NCBI GenBank assembly: GCA_030264375.1
Contig: JASCQW010000081.1
Location: 35,818,353 to 35,882,352, forward strand
From: Carcharhinus longimanus
Lineage: Eukaryota
Direction of reading: 5' to 3'
Length of the DNA stretch: 64,000 nucleotides
Shown: piece by piece, positions 1 through 13,099 of the stretch
Position numbering within the stretch: the first letter of the stretch is position 1
How the letters are laid out: the number at the start of each line of letters is the position of its first letter
Program-made: the position numbers and the translations under genes
The notes under the pieces: generated by a model
What the model was told of the DNA's origin: nothing
Database searches by the model: none
Seen by the model: only the letters and a program-made list of their open reading frames with translations

Positions 1-735
1 CCTCTGCAGCCCAGATGAGACATCCTGGACCCGAGCACCAGGCAGACAACACACCCTTCTGTATTCTTTATCATTGTGACAAAAGACAGTGTCTATACCC
101 CTAACTACACTATCCCCAATTACCACTACATTCCTCTTTACTTCTTCCTCTTTGTCCTGTGTCTGCACCACTGTACTGTGGGCAGTTTGCTCATCAACCT
201 TACAGCCCTCGTCCTTGTCCACACTGGGAGCAAGAACCTCAAACCTGTTGTGCAGATTGAGAGGCTGAGGCCTTTGGGTCCCCCCCTCCTTCCTCCCCGC
301 TCCCCCCAGCAGCACCCTCTTGTTCCTGACCCTTAGAGTTAGCCAGTCTAGGGGGTGTGGATGTCTCTTGCACCCCATTATCTACAGTACACTCCCTCTC
401 CCTGATGAGCCTCAGTGTCTGAAGCTCAGAGGCCAGCTCATCTACTTAGAGCTGGAGCTCTTCCAGCAACCAGCACTTACTGCAGACATGGTCACTGGGA
501 AGGACCTTGAGGTCCACCAGCTCCGACATCATACAGAAACAGCACATCACATACCCCTCCATCACAGTCTCTTAGTAATTACTGAATACAGTTAAGAAGT
601 CAAACTTACCTGGCCCTTTTCTCCCAAGCCCTTGGATCCTAAGCCCTTACAGCTCACTCAGCTTCCCTCTCACTCCACTGCCCGCTCCCAATGCTGCCCG
701 CTGTCTACAGCAAGCCTCCTTTTAAACTTTGCGTG
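1..735 (-). mobile_element. CR1 LINE 5' region / ORF1 remnant (zinc-finger/leucine-zipper and esterase-like segments)
   Basis: Minus strand translates to DHVCSKCWLLEELQL*VDELASEL (~420-495) and CCLPGARVQDVSSGLQR (1-51), typical of CR1 ORF1; stops present. Confidence 0.65.
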
Positions 736-811
736 GTGAGTCTATTATAAGTCTATTTCAGTGTTTTATGTATTAGTCTAATTTCTCAAGGTTGTTCATA
801 CACCAGATAAT

Positions 812-936
812 GAGTGGAATTTTACAGCTCTGTCATGGCAGGGGCAGGGCTGGAAAATGTGGCTAACTATTCAAAAGTCCACTGACTTCAGTGGGACCTG
901 AACAGCTGGCAATGAGAGGGGTGCAAAATTTCATCT
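812..936. mobile_element. Short degenerate MITE (Harbinger-type termini)
   Basis: Imperfect termini GTGGAATTTTACAGC...GTGCAAAATTTCATC, similar to other short MITEs in the window. Confidence 0.4.
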
Positions 937-1053
937 ATAGAATCTATGAGGAAAGGAAAATTTCTAAGTTGTCCTGATGTTTGCCATGAGGGAACAGGAG
1001 CAACCATTCAGAGATGTCAGGTCAAGGGAAGACCAAGAAGGACTGTCTTTCAC

Positions 1054-1088
1054 CTATTGATACAAAAGCTTGCATTTTATTTTGACAT
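1054..1088 (-). CDS. Candidate last coding exon of the minus-strand gene (DVKIKCKLLYQ*)
   Basis: Acceptor gatttaactcctgttctcttggttag with branch-like TTTAAC; the phase-1 frame from exon 1259-1363 ends in TAG at 1054-1056. Confidence 0.3.
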
Positions 1089-1258
1089 CTAACCAAGAGA
1101 ACAGGAGTTAAATCTAGTTCAAGAATCATTAATTTTCTTTGGAAATAAACCTCAAAACAACACCTATTGGAAACTCTGTGATAAAACAGCACTTGTAGTG
1201 ATAGGGAATTAATTATTGCTAGAACTACAATTTCAGTGATTCTAATAAAAACAGATAC

Positions 1259-1363
1259 CTGTAATATCAGATTGACATGCAGCATTACTAGTGGCCAACT
1301 CTGAACTGGTACGCTTGCATTGTTTTGATAATGCAGTCAGATTTTGTTGATTAGATTTTTCAT
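1259..1363 (-). CDS. Repeat exon 5 (105 bp, phase 1-1): DEKSNQQNLTALSKQCKRTSSELATSNAACQSDIT
   Basis: Acceptor ttcttaaaacttcaattcttttgtattcag, donor CAG|gtatct, open frame, length divisible by 3, acceptor shared with four other exons. Confidence 0.75.
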
Positions 1364-1754
1364 CTGAATACAAAAGAATTGAAGTTTTAAGAACCTTTGG
1401 TCTGATTTTATTAAGAACTAAAATCAACTTTCTTTGTATATAAAAATTATGATCATATCATGAAAAGGCATACATTTACATTTCAATATTTAAATAAAAT
1501 TCCTTCCTCTAATGTAAATATTTCCAAAGTAATTACATTAGCTTGGGAGGTGGGATGCAATGAAAGAGAGGCATGTAGCAAACATCAGGCCTGAACAAAA
1601 GTCAGTTATGAGAATTAATAAATAACTGAAACAATATCCACGAATGGTCAGGATCCAGAAAAGGCTGAATAATGTTGCTGTTTTCCTGCAGTCAGTGAGG
1701 TCACGCCAGCGTGGTTTACAACAGCTTTATAAAAATGTGAACCTGGTGAGCTCA

Positions 1755-3620
1755 TATTGATGCCACACTCAGTCAAATGCTGTCTTGATGTCAAGAATTA
1801 TCACGCTCCCTTTCTGAACTTCAGTTTTTTTGTCCATATTTGAACCAAAGTATAATGAAGTGAAGAGCTGAATAGGCCTGGCAGAACCTAAACTGAGCAT
1901 TAGTGAGCTGGTTTGTTATTGCCTACTCCTGCTCCTATTTCTTATGTTCTTAAGCAAGTGCTGTTTGATAATATGTTGATGACCCCTTTCATTACTTTAC
2001 TGATGATCTGGAATAGACTGATGGGTTGGTAATTGGCCAGATTGGATTTGTCCTGCTTTTGGAGAACAGGACATTGCCCTGGGTAGATGCCGATGTTGTA
2101 GCTGTATTGGAACATCTTGGCTACAGGCAAGTTCTGGAGCATAACTCTTCAATACTATTACCAGAATACTGTTGGTATCCATAGCCTTTGCAGTATCTAG
2201 TGCATTCTTGATATCATGTGGAGTGAATCAAATGTTTTTACTCATCCATTGGATGTGGACTTTGGCCAGCATTTATTGGTCATCTCCAATAGCCCTTGAG
2301 AAAGTAGTAACGAGCTGCACTCTTGACATGGTGTTGTCAGCAGTATTGCAGCCGTGATACTGGGGATCTGAGGGGCATGCTGAGATGGATTAACCACTCA
2401 CTTGCAAATGCTTCAGCCTTATCTTTTGCACTGATGTGCTTGCCTCCCCCTATTATTGTGGATGGGGATATTTGTGGAGCTTTTGCCTTCATTGAATTTT
2501 TAATTATCCACCATCATTCACGACCAGATCTGGCAGGACTGCAGAGCTGAGAATTGACCTATCAGTTTTGAAATCACTTAGCCTGTTTATTGCTTGCTGT
2601 TTATGCTGTTTGACACAGAAGTAATCCTGTTTTGTACCTTCGCCAGGTTGACACCTCATTTCTAGGTGTGCCTGGGACTGCTTCTGGCATGTTCCCCTGC
2701 ATTCTTCATTGAACCAGGGTTAATTCCCTAGCTCATTGGTAAATGGTTGAGCAGGGTATGCCAGACCATGAGGTTGCAAATTGTGATCAAGTACAATTCT
2801 GCTGCTGCTGATGGCCCACAGCACCTAATGGTTACCTAGTCTCGAATTGCTATATATTTGATATCTATCCTTTTTAGCATGCTAATAGTGCCACACAACA
2901 TGATGAAGGGTATTGTCATTGTGAAGATGGGATTTCATCTCCACAAGGACTGTGTTATGGTCACCCCTACCACTACTGTCATGGGCAGATACATCTGCGG
3001 CAGGCAGGTTGGTGAAGGTGAAGTCAGGATACTTTTCCATCTTGTTGGTTTGCTCACCCATGCCAGACTGAGTCTGAGTCTAGTAGCTATGTTCTTTAAA
3101 ACTTAGCGAACATGATCTGTAGTGGTGCTACCAAGTCATGGTTATGAACATTGAAGTACCCCACCCAGAGTACATTCTGTGCCTTTGCCACCCTTAGTGC
3201 TTTCTCCAAGTGGTATTCAACATGAAGGAATACTGAGCTGTGGGGGAGGGGGTGTAGTCAGCACCATTTTTGACCGAACACCATGAGTCTTCATGGGGTC
3301 TGGAGTTGATGTTGAAGACACTCGCAGCAAGTCCCTCCTGAATGTATTCTACTGTGCTACCACCTCTACTGGGTCTGTCCTGCCAGTGGAATAGGACATA
3401 CTCAGGATTGGTGACAGAAGTGTCTAGGACATTATCTGTAAGGTATGATTCCATGTCAGACTGTTGCTAGGATTGAGTTTGCCGTCGCTTCCGGTGTCTA
3501 GGTTAATGGCAGGTGGTCTGTTCGATTTCATTCCTGTGAGACTTTTTAGCAGTTTGATATGATTGAGTGATTTGCTCAGCCATTTCAGACAGCATTTATG
3601 ATTTAACTCCATTGCTATGG
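1755..3620 (-). mobile_element. Decayed CR1/L2-like LINE ORF2 (endonuclease to start of RT)
   Basis: Fragments ESYLTDNVLDT..WQDRPSRGGST (EN) and LKSYAPELA..KQDKSNLANYQPISLFQIISKVMKGVIN (pre-RT); frameshifted. Confidence 0.8.
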
Positions 3621-4150
3621 GTCTGAAGTCACAAATAGGCCAGTTCAGGTAAGGTCAGCAGATGAACTTCCCCAAAGGATGTTAGTGGACCAAATGGGTT
3701 TTTACAGCAATCAAAAATGGCTTCATAGTCATTATTTGTAATGAAGCACACAGGCTTTGTCAGAAACACAAATGAATTTTTTAATTAGGAAAAAACTGTA
3801 CAGAAGCCAGCAGCTCCTCAACTGCCCTAGAACAGCTCACCAGCAGCCCCAGTCCCTACATCTATTCTAATTTTTCTCCAAGATGCCTTCTGCCTAAGAG
3901 AAGACTCCACCCTCCCGGGTGATTACCCACTCTGTCCCAATTGGTTTCCCCAAGCCACGTGACTCTCTTATGCTTTGTTGCCCTTGAAGGAACAATGACC
4001 ACAATCACCACATCATTTGAGTTTTAAGCCCAGATTTTTACTGAATTCAAATTTCACCATCTGCCATAGTGGTGTTTGAATCCGGGTCCCCAGAGTGTGT
4101 TACCCTGGGTCTCTAGATTACTAGTTCAGGAAGAATAGCGCTATGCCACT
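3545..4150 (-). mobile_element. SINE/LINE-tail repeat interrupted by a solo LTR
   Basis: Same family as 8185-8550 and 17365-17695 (gccatttcaga...ggtctgaagtca...ttcaaatttcaccatctgcc...attactagt). Confidence 0.6.
3737..4012. mobile_element. Candidate solo LTR (~276 bp)
   Basis: TG...CA ends, flanked by ttatt/tcatt (5-bp TSD, 1 mismatch); splits the surrounding SINE. Confidence 0.45.
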
Positions 4151-5599
4151 GCACCTCATGTGTTACAGGGTTATACATGGCAGGAACATTATGGTCCCAC
4201 TTGTGGGAAGGGGAAGAGCAAGGCCTATATGCTCAATGGGTAGCTTGGTGTGCAGGATGCAGTCAGTGTCTCACACTCAGTGAGCTTGGTGGTGGCTGAC
4301 TTGGTACAGGGCTCGAAACAGGTTGGTCATGGTCAGGTGAGATATCTACTGCTGTAAATGAGGAAAATGTAATAAAGGAGATACCCAAAGGGTATGTATG
4401 TGTGTACACACAGGTTTACTAATGTCCTTTAGGGAAGGATATCTCCCATTCTCATCCGATCTGGTCTAAAAGGGGCTCCTGATCCACAGCAAAGTGAATG
4501 ACTTACAACTGCCCTCTGAAATGGCATAACAAACCTCTCAGTTCATGGGCAATTTGGCATGGTTAATATATTATAGCCTTGCCAGTGATATCTTATGAAA
4601 GTGTAAAGGAAAAAGTAGCCTCAAGATGGGGAGAGGTGACGTCCTCATAGGACATGGGAACGTCCACAGTGACTGGTTCAGGGGCAACAGCAGAAATCTT
4701 CGCAACAGTATCAATAGGGGGAGGCTGGAAAATTAATGGATGGAGGCTCACCTATGCATCATGGGGTTCCAGGATAATTGGAGGGACTTGAAGGGTAGCA
4801 GAAGAAGGGTTGAAGTTGATCTGCAAGTAAATGTATAGCACCACCATCTTGAGACCCTGAAGCAATGATGCAGTTTAAAAATGAAACTGTGAAAAAATCT
4901 TCATGTAAGGGGACTGAGATAGTTGAGAAGCAGAACACAACTGAACACAGGGGCCTTTTGAGGGGACAGCCTCATACTTATCAGATTCTCAACATGAAAG
5001 TGAAAGGTTACGTTATAGAACTCATGAGCATCTTATTGAGAACTGAGGTAGGAACCACTCAGTTACGGTGCACTTTGACCCCAGACAGTAACAGTCAATT
5101 GACTCAATTAGAGGTGGCCTCATTGAGCATGTAAACATCAAGAATGTGAAAAGGGAAGTGGCATCAGCCATTAAGGGAGCACAGTTACTAGATATCTGCA
5201 AGATGCTCCATCAAACTCTGTAAAATGCATTGTCTAATCGTCGTCGGTTTGGGACTAAAAGATATCCAGTCATTCAAAAGGTGCATGGTAGGTCTAATTT
5301 CTAATCCAAATCAGACATTGTATTTAGTGTTTGGCTTTGCTTAAGCCTCTTCAATCCTCTACGAACTTGAGATGTCAAGTTGTTGAGGTGGCTTCTTAGG
5401 CACTCACAATCTGTGACAGAGCATCTCAGCTACAAGGTTGCAACAGGGATAAGCAACGAGAGTGCTTCACAGCACGAGAGCATGACAATGGTTTTCTGGC
5501 TAAGAGTGGCAGGTCTTCTAAATTATTCAATTTAAATTCATTGTTGGATCTATCTGTCCACAGGGAGAAGGAGGCTGCTCTCAATGCTGCCTTCTTAAT

Positions 5600-6375
5600 G
5601 GCAGTGTTCAGATTGGGGAGGACAAGGGGCTGGCACCATATAGCACAACTTAGAGAGGATCCCCAACTTGAAGTGCATGGTCCAGAGAAGCCCCAGGTTG
5701 AGAAGTGACTGGCATAAACAAAAGTTTACTGAGATGTCTTTCCTATTTGGACATCAACGAGAGACAATGCTGCACACATCTGCAACTGACAGGAGATGTA
5801 GTGGCTCATATCTGCTACATTCTGTGGGAAGGTATAATGCGGCATGGATTGGGAGGCCACCCTTTGTCTGTATCCCCAAAAGTCACCACTGCACTCAATT
5901 TCTTTGCAAGCAGCTTATTCTAGGGATTCCATGAGGACTTATTTGGCACTTCTTAATACTCCACACATAAATGTATAAAGGAGTTGACCAATGCCCTCTC
6001 CTGTAAGGTTCACTGTTATATAAAGTTCACATTGGATGACAGCAGCCAGGTTGCTAGATTTCTTTGACTTGCGGCAATCTCAGGCTTCTCTTGAGCGCAA
6101 TCAATTGCATACATATTGTTTTAATAGATCCCTGGCACCAGCATCTGATCTTCACTAATGGGAAAGGGTTTCACACTTCAACATTCAATTGGTGTGCAAT
6201 CATTAGAAGCATATCATGCATGTTTGTGCCAAGTACACTGGGAATTCTCTTGACTCCGAAAGGCTGAGTCACTCATAGATGCATAGATATTTGAAGGGCC
6301 ACACAGCGCTTACTGGATTGGCTGCTGAGTGACAAGGGGTATCTGCTGAAAAGATGGTTCATATCACTTGAGCAT
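5600..6375 (+). mobile_element. Decayed Harbinger/PIF (HARBI1-like) transposase
   Basis: LGGHPLSVSPKVTTALNFFAS, AINCIHIVL..FTNGKGFH, WLLSDKGYLL; many stops and frameshifts. Confidence 0.8.
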
Positions 6376-6791
6376 TGTCTTCAAAGTGGGATGCAATCTG
6401 TAGCAAAGGAAATTAAGTCAGTCAGCAAACCAGATGAATGCAGAAATACAGTAGGTTCAGCTCTGTTCCAGTGAAGCTTGCTTTCGGTACTGCTAATATC
6501 AATGGGAAGAATGTTGGTGCCATAAACTCTTGATTATTTTCATCTCAACAAATCATTACAGTGCCAAATTTTCACTCAATTCTACCATTTTCCAAGAGTC
6601 TCAATTGGCATCAGACTAGTAAATTAGTTTCTAATTTCTAGTTTCTAAAAAACAATATGTTTTTATATCACTTTGTTTCAAAGCAACTGATTTTGATGCA
6701 GACCAAACAATTTGACATGAAATATAATTTGTGACACTGAAGAAATATTTTTAGCAGATAATTCAATGCTTTCTCATAAGCAAGTTAGTAC

Positions 6792-6908
6792 CTGGGCAAT
6801 CAGAGCGACACGGAGCAGGATCTTTGTTGGTCAATGAACATATGCTTCTATGTTTTGAGGGAGAAGACATAATATGGCATCCTTCTATCGGAGAACTCAA
6901 TTTATTAT
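6792..6908 (-). CDS. Repeat exon 4 (117 bp, phase 1-1): DNKLSSPIEGCHIMSSPSKHRSICSLTNKDPAPCRSDCP
   Basis: Acceptor ttcttaaacattccattcttttgtgttcag, donor CAG|gtacta, open frame, clear peptide similarity to exon 7969-8088. Confidence 0.8.
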
Positions 6909-7494
6909 CTGAACACAAAAGAATGGAATGTTTAAGAAACAGCATGAGCGTTCTGCAGGCTTTTAGAGAAGATATAGTCTGAACTTTGCACTTCAGGTGT
7001 TAAGTGAAAGTGGATTTTCAAATGCCCAAGCACCTCCCACCTGTTGTAACTGCTGTGAAAACAACACCTTTTTGAAGCCCATGCTTTGTTTGCATTCAGT
7101 GGTGAGCTGCACTTGTCTAAACAGAACTCTGAAACAGCTTCCAGCTGCAGAGCTGGCAGACAGTCAGAGTTCAATGAAATGTGGGAAGGATGTGAGGAGG
7201 CAATATTAAGGATAGCTTTGCACACAATGGATTATTTGTGTGAAGTCCATCAAAGCATTCTATCTCCTTTTGGCCCCACAGAAAGAAATACTAAAAATTG
7301 CTTTGGACAGTGTTTTGAATAGCCTGCAGCACTCCTTTAAGATTGCTGAAAATGTCATTCATATTACTACAAGTAGGTGCAGAGTATGCAAGACCCTGTC
7401 ATTGGACTCTAATTTGTCTGAAAACAGACAGCGGCTGTGTCTCACACTCCCAAGTCCCTGTCCAAGATAGTGATGGCTTGGCTCTGCACCACCA

Positions 7495-7850
7495 ACTCTT
7501 TTGTAATTTAATCGCTCCTGCCTTCACCATATCGCAGACCTTCCCTTCTGTTCTTTTTTGAATCCTCCCCTCTACATTTGCTTAAAATCTATTATATTTC
7601 TAAATTTTCGCAGTTCTGATGAAAGAATGTCAACATCCACCTGAAATATTGGCTGGAATTGTCCACTTTTGCACACTTTGATACCACTGTCAGCAAGAAT
7701 GGAGAATTTCGCGCTCAGCCAAATTGCCATTCACTGCAGCCATTGGGAGAATCCCAGTTGTGGGCAAGGTCAGAGAATGCCACCTGTTAATTCTGTTTTT
7801 CATTCTACAGATTCTGCCTAAGCTGCTGATTTTTCCAGAATTTTTTTTAT
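7495..7850 (+). mobile_element. Penelope-like terminal repeat fragment with nested MITE (~7650-7785)
   Basis: ctgatgaaag...gaaa motif then cagattctgcctaagctgctgatttttccag tail; the MITE resembles 17863-17999. Confidence 0.5.
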
Positions 7851-7968
7851 TAAATCGATATCTTGCTCTTCTCGATGAAAAATTGACAGTGAGATAAAAC
7901 TTATGATAGTAAATAAATATTATCACGAAGAACTTGAAATTCTGAGTTTTTTATAAATAAGTGAATAC

Positions 7969-8088
7969 CTGGGCAATTGGACTGTGAGGGTGCAGAACCT
8001 TTGTCTATCAATGAGCATACATTTCCGTCACTGTTTGAGAGAGTATTCCTACTATGGCAACTTCCTACTGGAGAATCCAATCTATCAT
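7969..8088 (-). CDS. Repeat exon 3 (120 bp, phase 1-1): DDRLDSPVGSCHSRNTLSNSDGNVCSLIDKGSAPSQSNCP
   Basis: Acceptor ttcttaaaactacaattcttctgtattcag, donor CAG|gtattc, open frame. Confidence 0.8.
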
Positions 8089-8184
8089 CTGAATACAGAA
8101 GAATTGTAGTTTTAAGAAACATACATGATTCGATTGCACTCATGATCAGTTTTTTTCTCTTGTTTCTATTCACATTGGTTATGA

Positions 8185-8550
8185 GCATCGCTGACAAGGC
8201 CCATTCCTAATTACCCTTAAGAAGGAGGTGGTGACCCATCTCCTTGCTTACAACTATGAATGGCTTGCTGGGCTACTTCAAAGGACATGCAAGAGTCAAT
8301 CACGTTGCTGTGGTTCTGTTGTCAAATATCAGCCAGACCGAATAAAGTCAGCAGATTTCTTTCTGATAGGTATTTATAACAATCCAATAGTTTAATCATC
8401 CTGATTACAGGTACCCACTTTTAATTTCAGATTTTGTTAATTAACTGAATTTTAAATTCCCCAGGTGCCATGTTAGAATTTGAAGTCATGTATGTAGATC
8501 ATTTGTTAAGCATCCAAAATACTGGCTCAGTAATACAACCATTATGCTTG
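8185..8550 (-). mobile_element. SINE/LINE-tail repeat
   Basis: Similar to 3545-4150 and 17365-17695. Confidence 0.55.
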
Positions 8551-8569
8551 AAACATATCTCCCTATGTG

Positions 8570-10610
8570 ATATATATGTTTCATTCTTGGGATGTGTGCA
8601 ACACTGCTAACAAGAGAGAATCTAATCATTTTATCTTGACATTTAACATCCCCAAACCCCCAACATCAACATTACTCTTAAGTCTTAACTGGACCAGCCA
8701 TATAAATACTTTGATCCAACAGCAATCAAAGGCTTGGGATTCTGCAACGAGTAACTCACCTCCTGACTCATCTATCATTTACAAGTCCAAGGGTATGTTG
8801 GAACATCTCCATTTAGCTGGAACTGTGACACTATAATAAATAACTAAAAGCTTGGCACTCTCCAAGTCAAAACAGCTCACATGATCGGCACCCCATCTAC
8901 CATCTTAAACATTCACTCCTTCTACCTTTAGTGCAGTGACAGTAGTATTACTATCTCCAAAAGTATGGCAATAACTTGTCAAGGTTTTATCATCAGCACC
9001 TGTCAAACAACTGAACTCTACCAAATAGAAGAGCAAAGGCACCAGATGCCTAGTAAAAAGTGTTTGTCCATTCCTAGTTGAACTTGCTAAGCCACCTGCT
9101 CAAGGTAATGTGGTGTGGGTATCAAATGTTGGGATGATACATGACTTGAAGGAAAACTTTAAGGTGGGAGTGTTCCCAGGCATCTGATGCCCGTGTTCTG
9201 GCTGGTAGAGGAGTGCCAGGGTATTGCATGGGCATGCTGCTCTCCCCTTGAAGGCTGTACTCAGTGTGTAGCTTTTGTGATTCACGTCAGCGTGCAATGA
9301 ACATTCCAGCATGGGGGGACTGTCAGCATAAAAGTCAGCTCTGCTTTGGTAATTAATTGAGATCCCCATTATGTCATTTGCAGGGGCAATCCATTGAAGT
9401 TACATTTTGGGATTCCTGATTGATTCTCTGCTATGATTCCCCACCCTACCCGCCTCCCGATTGCTCTTGTAGTTACTGTATTCATATGTATAGTCCAGTT
9501 AAGACTTTGGAGAGTGGTAGCACCCATGATGTTAACAGTGGGGAATTTGGCGATGTTGAATGCCAAGAAAAAATGATAAGAATCCCTCCTGTTAGAGATG
9601 GTCATTAGCATGGCACAAATGCTAATTGTCATTTATCACAACTAAATGTTGCTCAGATCTTGTTAAACAAGGGCATAGGCTGATTCTGTATATGATGAGT
9701 GTAAATAACACTGTGCATTCATCAGGAATCATCTCCATTTCTGACCTCATGTTGGAGGGAAAGACATTGATGAAGCTGCTGAAGATGGTTTAATCTAGGA
9801 CACTACCTTGGGTAAAAGATGCAGTGATATCCTGGGGTTGAGATGGTTGGCCACACCCATTTTCCTTTGTCCAGGTATGACACCAACCAGTGGAGAGTTC
9901 TTCCCTTGACTGCTATTTAATTTTTCTCGGGGTCCTTGATGTCACACTTTGATCAAATATTGCCTTGATACCAAGGACAGTCACTCTCACCTCATCTCTT
10001 TATTGCAGCTTTTTTGTCCATGTTGAACCAAGGCTATATTAATGTTCACGGCCATATAGGCCTAGGAGAACCCAAACTGTGCATCCATGAGCAGGTTATT
10101 ACTAAGCAAGTTCAGTTTGATAACATTGCCAATGAAACATTCTATCACTTTGCTTATGATTGAGAGTGGACTGATGAGACAATAATAGGCCGGATTGAAT
10201 TTTTCCTACTTTTTGTGGACAGGACATAGCTGCCAATTTTCCAGTGTTATATCTTTACTGCAACGGCTTGGCTAATGGAGCACAGCTAGTTCTTGAGCAA
10301 CTGGCTTCAATATTACAACTGAGAAGTTGTCAGAGCTCATGATCTTTGCTCTATCCAGCACCTTCAGGTACTTCCCAATATAACATGGAGTAAATCAAAT
10401 TGTCTGAAGACTGACATCTGTGATGGTGGGGTCTGCAGGAAGAAACCAAGATAGATCTTCCATTTGGCTCTTCTGGTTGAGGATGGTTGTAAATAATTGA
10501 ACCTTGTCTTTTCTACTGCTGTTCTGGATTCCACTATCATTTAGCATAGGAATGTTTTTGAAACCTCTTCCTCCACCATTCATGACTAAATGTGGCACAA
10601 CAGCAGAGCT
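8570..10610. mobile_element. CR1/L2-like LINE RT fragments in both orientations (+ 8570-9050; - ~9470-10610)
   Basis: SLNWTSHINT / SLNWTIHMNTV and NIPMLNDSG..KDKVQLFTTILNQK; same family as 1755-3620. Confidence 0.7.
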
Positions 10611-11866
10611 TTGATTGATTCATCAGTTGTGGGATCACATAACTCTAAGAATTATGTTCCAGTGTTTATTTTAAGAACATGCCATTAAGTCCAGGGGAAT
10701 AAACAAGTTTCTGGCCGAAGCTGGGTTGGGTATGCAGAGTCGAGAGACTTCCCAACTTGGCAAATCTCACCTTTAAAAATGTTCACTTGCAGATTGGCTT
10801 TTTGGTTNNNNNNNNNNTTCTTGATAATGGGCAGGGCTGAAATACAAATCGGGCAAGTGAGCTCATAAGTGAAGATGGTTTGGAAGCAGACCAAGTGTGG
10901 ATTGCAAGACTTGGGCACATATATAAAGTGCTCTGTAGGTGTTGTTGGTGAATGCAGCATGTCCACAGCCTTGGAGAAGGTGTGGATTTGTTGGGGTGTT
11001 CAGAGGTGTGTCAAAGCTGTAAATGTTATCCAACTGTCAGATAATCCAAGGATAGATGGTCCATCAAGGACTTTCCCAATTTGGATTTATCATTGATGCC
11101 ACCTATTAAAAATGTGCTAAACGAAACCAGTGAGTGAATTTCCAAGACACAGACAAGAAGGTGGCATTGTCTTGACACCACAATGTGACGCGGATAAGAT
11201 TAAGTGAGTTATTAAGCTGGTTAGACTCAGTTGATGAAGGAACAACATCGATACGCTTATCGATATCCCATCCACTTTCTATCACCACTCATCTCTCGGA
11301 ATGCACCCATATTGCAGACCCTGATAGGTCCCTCATATTTGCAGTGTGGTGGCATAACAATCTGAATAAGATGGGAGTAAACCATTAGGATTGTCAGTGG
11401 TCTTGAAACACAGCATGTCATTTTGTACTGGCAGCCACAACATTCACAGCACCAAGTGTATGTTCAGAGATGTTCTTTCTCAACCACACCGTTGAGAGTA
11501 TTCATAGTTGAGGTGACGTCCATGGTTAGTGCAAGAATAGCAATGTATTTTGAGTTGTTCATGAGCCTTCTCACCATACATTTTCATTAAATGACTTATT
11601 AATTCACAGAATGTAGCACAGACCAGGTTCCCCTTAAGGATGCAGGTGATGGCTTGAGCTCAGTTTGGAAACCTGGGGTAGGATTTTTATTCCTTTCCAC
11701 TGTGTGTTTTGTAGTGGTGCAAGGTATCCTGCCGTTCATTGGTGGTGGGATCTATGGTTCCGCTGTCGTTAACAGGTTTTTCCGTTAAACGCACCCCTTG
11801 CCTTCGGGAAACCCGCCATGGGGATGAGCCATCAGCAGGACTATAAGATCCTGCAGGCATGAATGG

Positions 11867-12107
11867 CAGCAAGATTTTGGTGTGGATGTGCCGGCGTTGG
11901 ACTGGGGTAAACACAGTAAAAAGTCTGACAACACCAGGTTTTAGTCCAACCGATNNNNNNNNNNNNNNNNNNNNNNNNNNNNNNNNNNNNNNNNNNNNNN
12001 NNNNNNNNNNNNNNNNNNNNNNNNNNNNNNNNNNNNNNNNNNNNNNNNNNNNNNAATCGGTTGGACTAAAACCTGGTGTTGTCAGACTTTTTACAGCAAG
12101 ATTTTGG
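11867..12107. mobile_element. Penelope-derived inverted-repeat insertion (family A) with 14-bp TSD, at the edge of a MITE (~11676-11880)
   Basis: TSD cagcaagattttgg at 11867-11880 and 12094-12107; arms aaaaagtctgacaacaccaggttttagtccaaccgat and its reverse complement lie either side of a gap. Confidence 0.7.
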
Positions 12108-12809
12108 GGCAGAGTTCATGTGAGAGGATACAAACTCAAGGCTTTGTCTAGCTTGAAGCTGGAGAAAGAAATCCATAGTGGCCTTTACAGAGAACAGCAA
12201 GCCAGCAGTCATTCAGATTGGAACAGACAAAGAGAAGGTCTCTGTTGAGAGCTCAAAATCAACTGTGGGACTAGCAGCTGAGGAATCAGGAGTGTTCCTG
12301 ATGTTTAATTCAATAAGCAGGAAGGAAGTGAAGGCCTGGCTTGAACTGAAGTGTCCACAGTCATGAGATGTTTGAAGAAAATTAAAAATTCACATAGCCA
12401 TAAGCTAAATTCTGAAAATTAATATCTTGAAGAATACCTGGGTCACTGAGTAGAAATGTAACTGAATTCCAAAAGGCTGTGGCATATCTTTGAGATGATC
12501 CCAGAAGAAGTGAATTAATCTCCCAGATTTTAAAACATATAAGATAATTTTTGTGGGGCATATCACAAGAAGAACTGAGTTTTTAGCATATGTCTTTATA
12601 AATTAAAATCTTAAATGAGTGGTACTTGCTTTGTTTAATTTCTTTTTAAGTACAATAAAATTTGTTTTTGCTTAGAAACATAAAATTCTGTGGTGTACTA
12701 CTGACAGTGAATGACGGGATGCTCAGATTTCTCTTTGAACATTGACTGTTGCTGAACAGGGTGGTAACAATGTGATGGACTGCCTCTGCATTCCTATATG
12801 AATGTAAAA

Positions 12810-13060
12810 TATCAGTGTTTATTGCAAGGGGAATCCTGTGTAAAAGTAGGGAAGTATTGCTGTAATTGTACAGGAACTTAGACCACATCTGGAATATTGT
12901 ATACAGTTTTGTCTCTTTACTAACGAAAGGATGTAAGTGCATTCAGGGCAATTCAGAGACTGTTCAGTCATCTGATTCCTGGGATGAAGAGATTAGCTTA
13001 TGAGGAAAGGTTGAGCAGAGTTTAGATGAATGAGATGTGATCTTAATGAAACATGTAAAA
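12810..13060 (+). mobile_element. CR1 3' fragment
   Basis: REVLL*LYRNL..PHLEYCIQF-like region of the CR1 ORF2 C-terminus. Confidence 0.6.
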
Positions 13061-13099
13061 TTTAAGAGCAAAAGCAAAATACAGTGGATGATGGAAATC

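Noticed and set aside
6940-7420. Unique-looking stretch with a good minus-strand acceptor at 7418 (DKLESNDR...)
   Set aside because: All frames hit stops before a phase-compatible donor, and no recognisable homology
11612-12769. LTR-like segment TG...CA with AATAAA
   Set aside because: No TSD or partner LTR visible, so boundaries are unsupported
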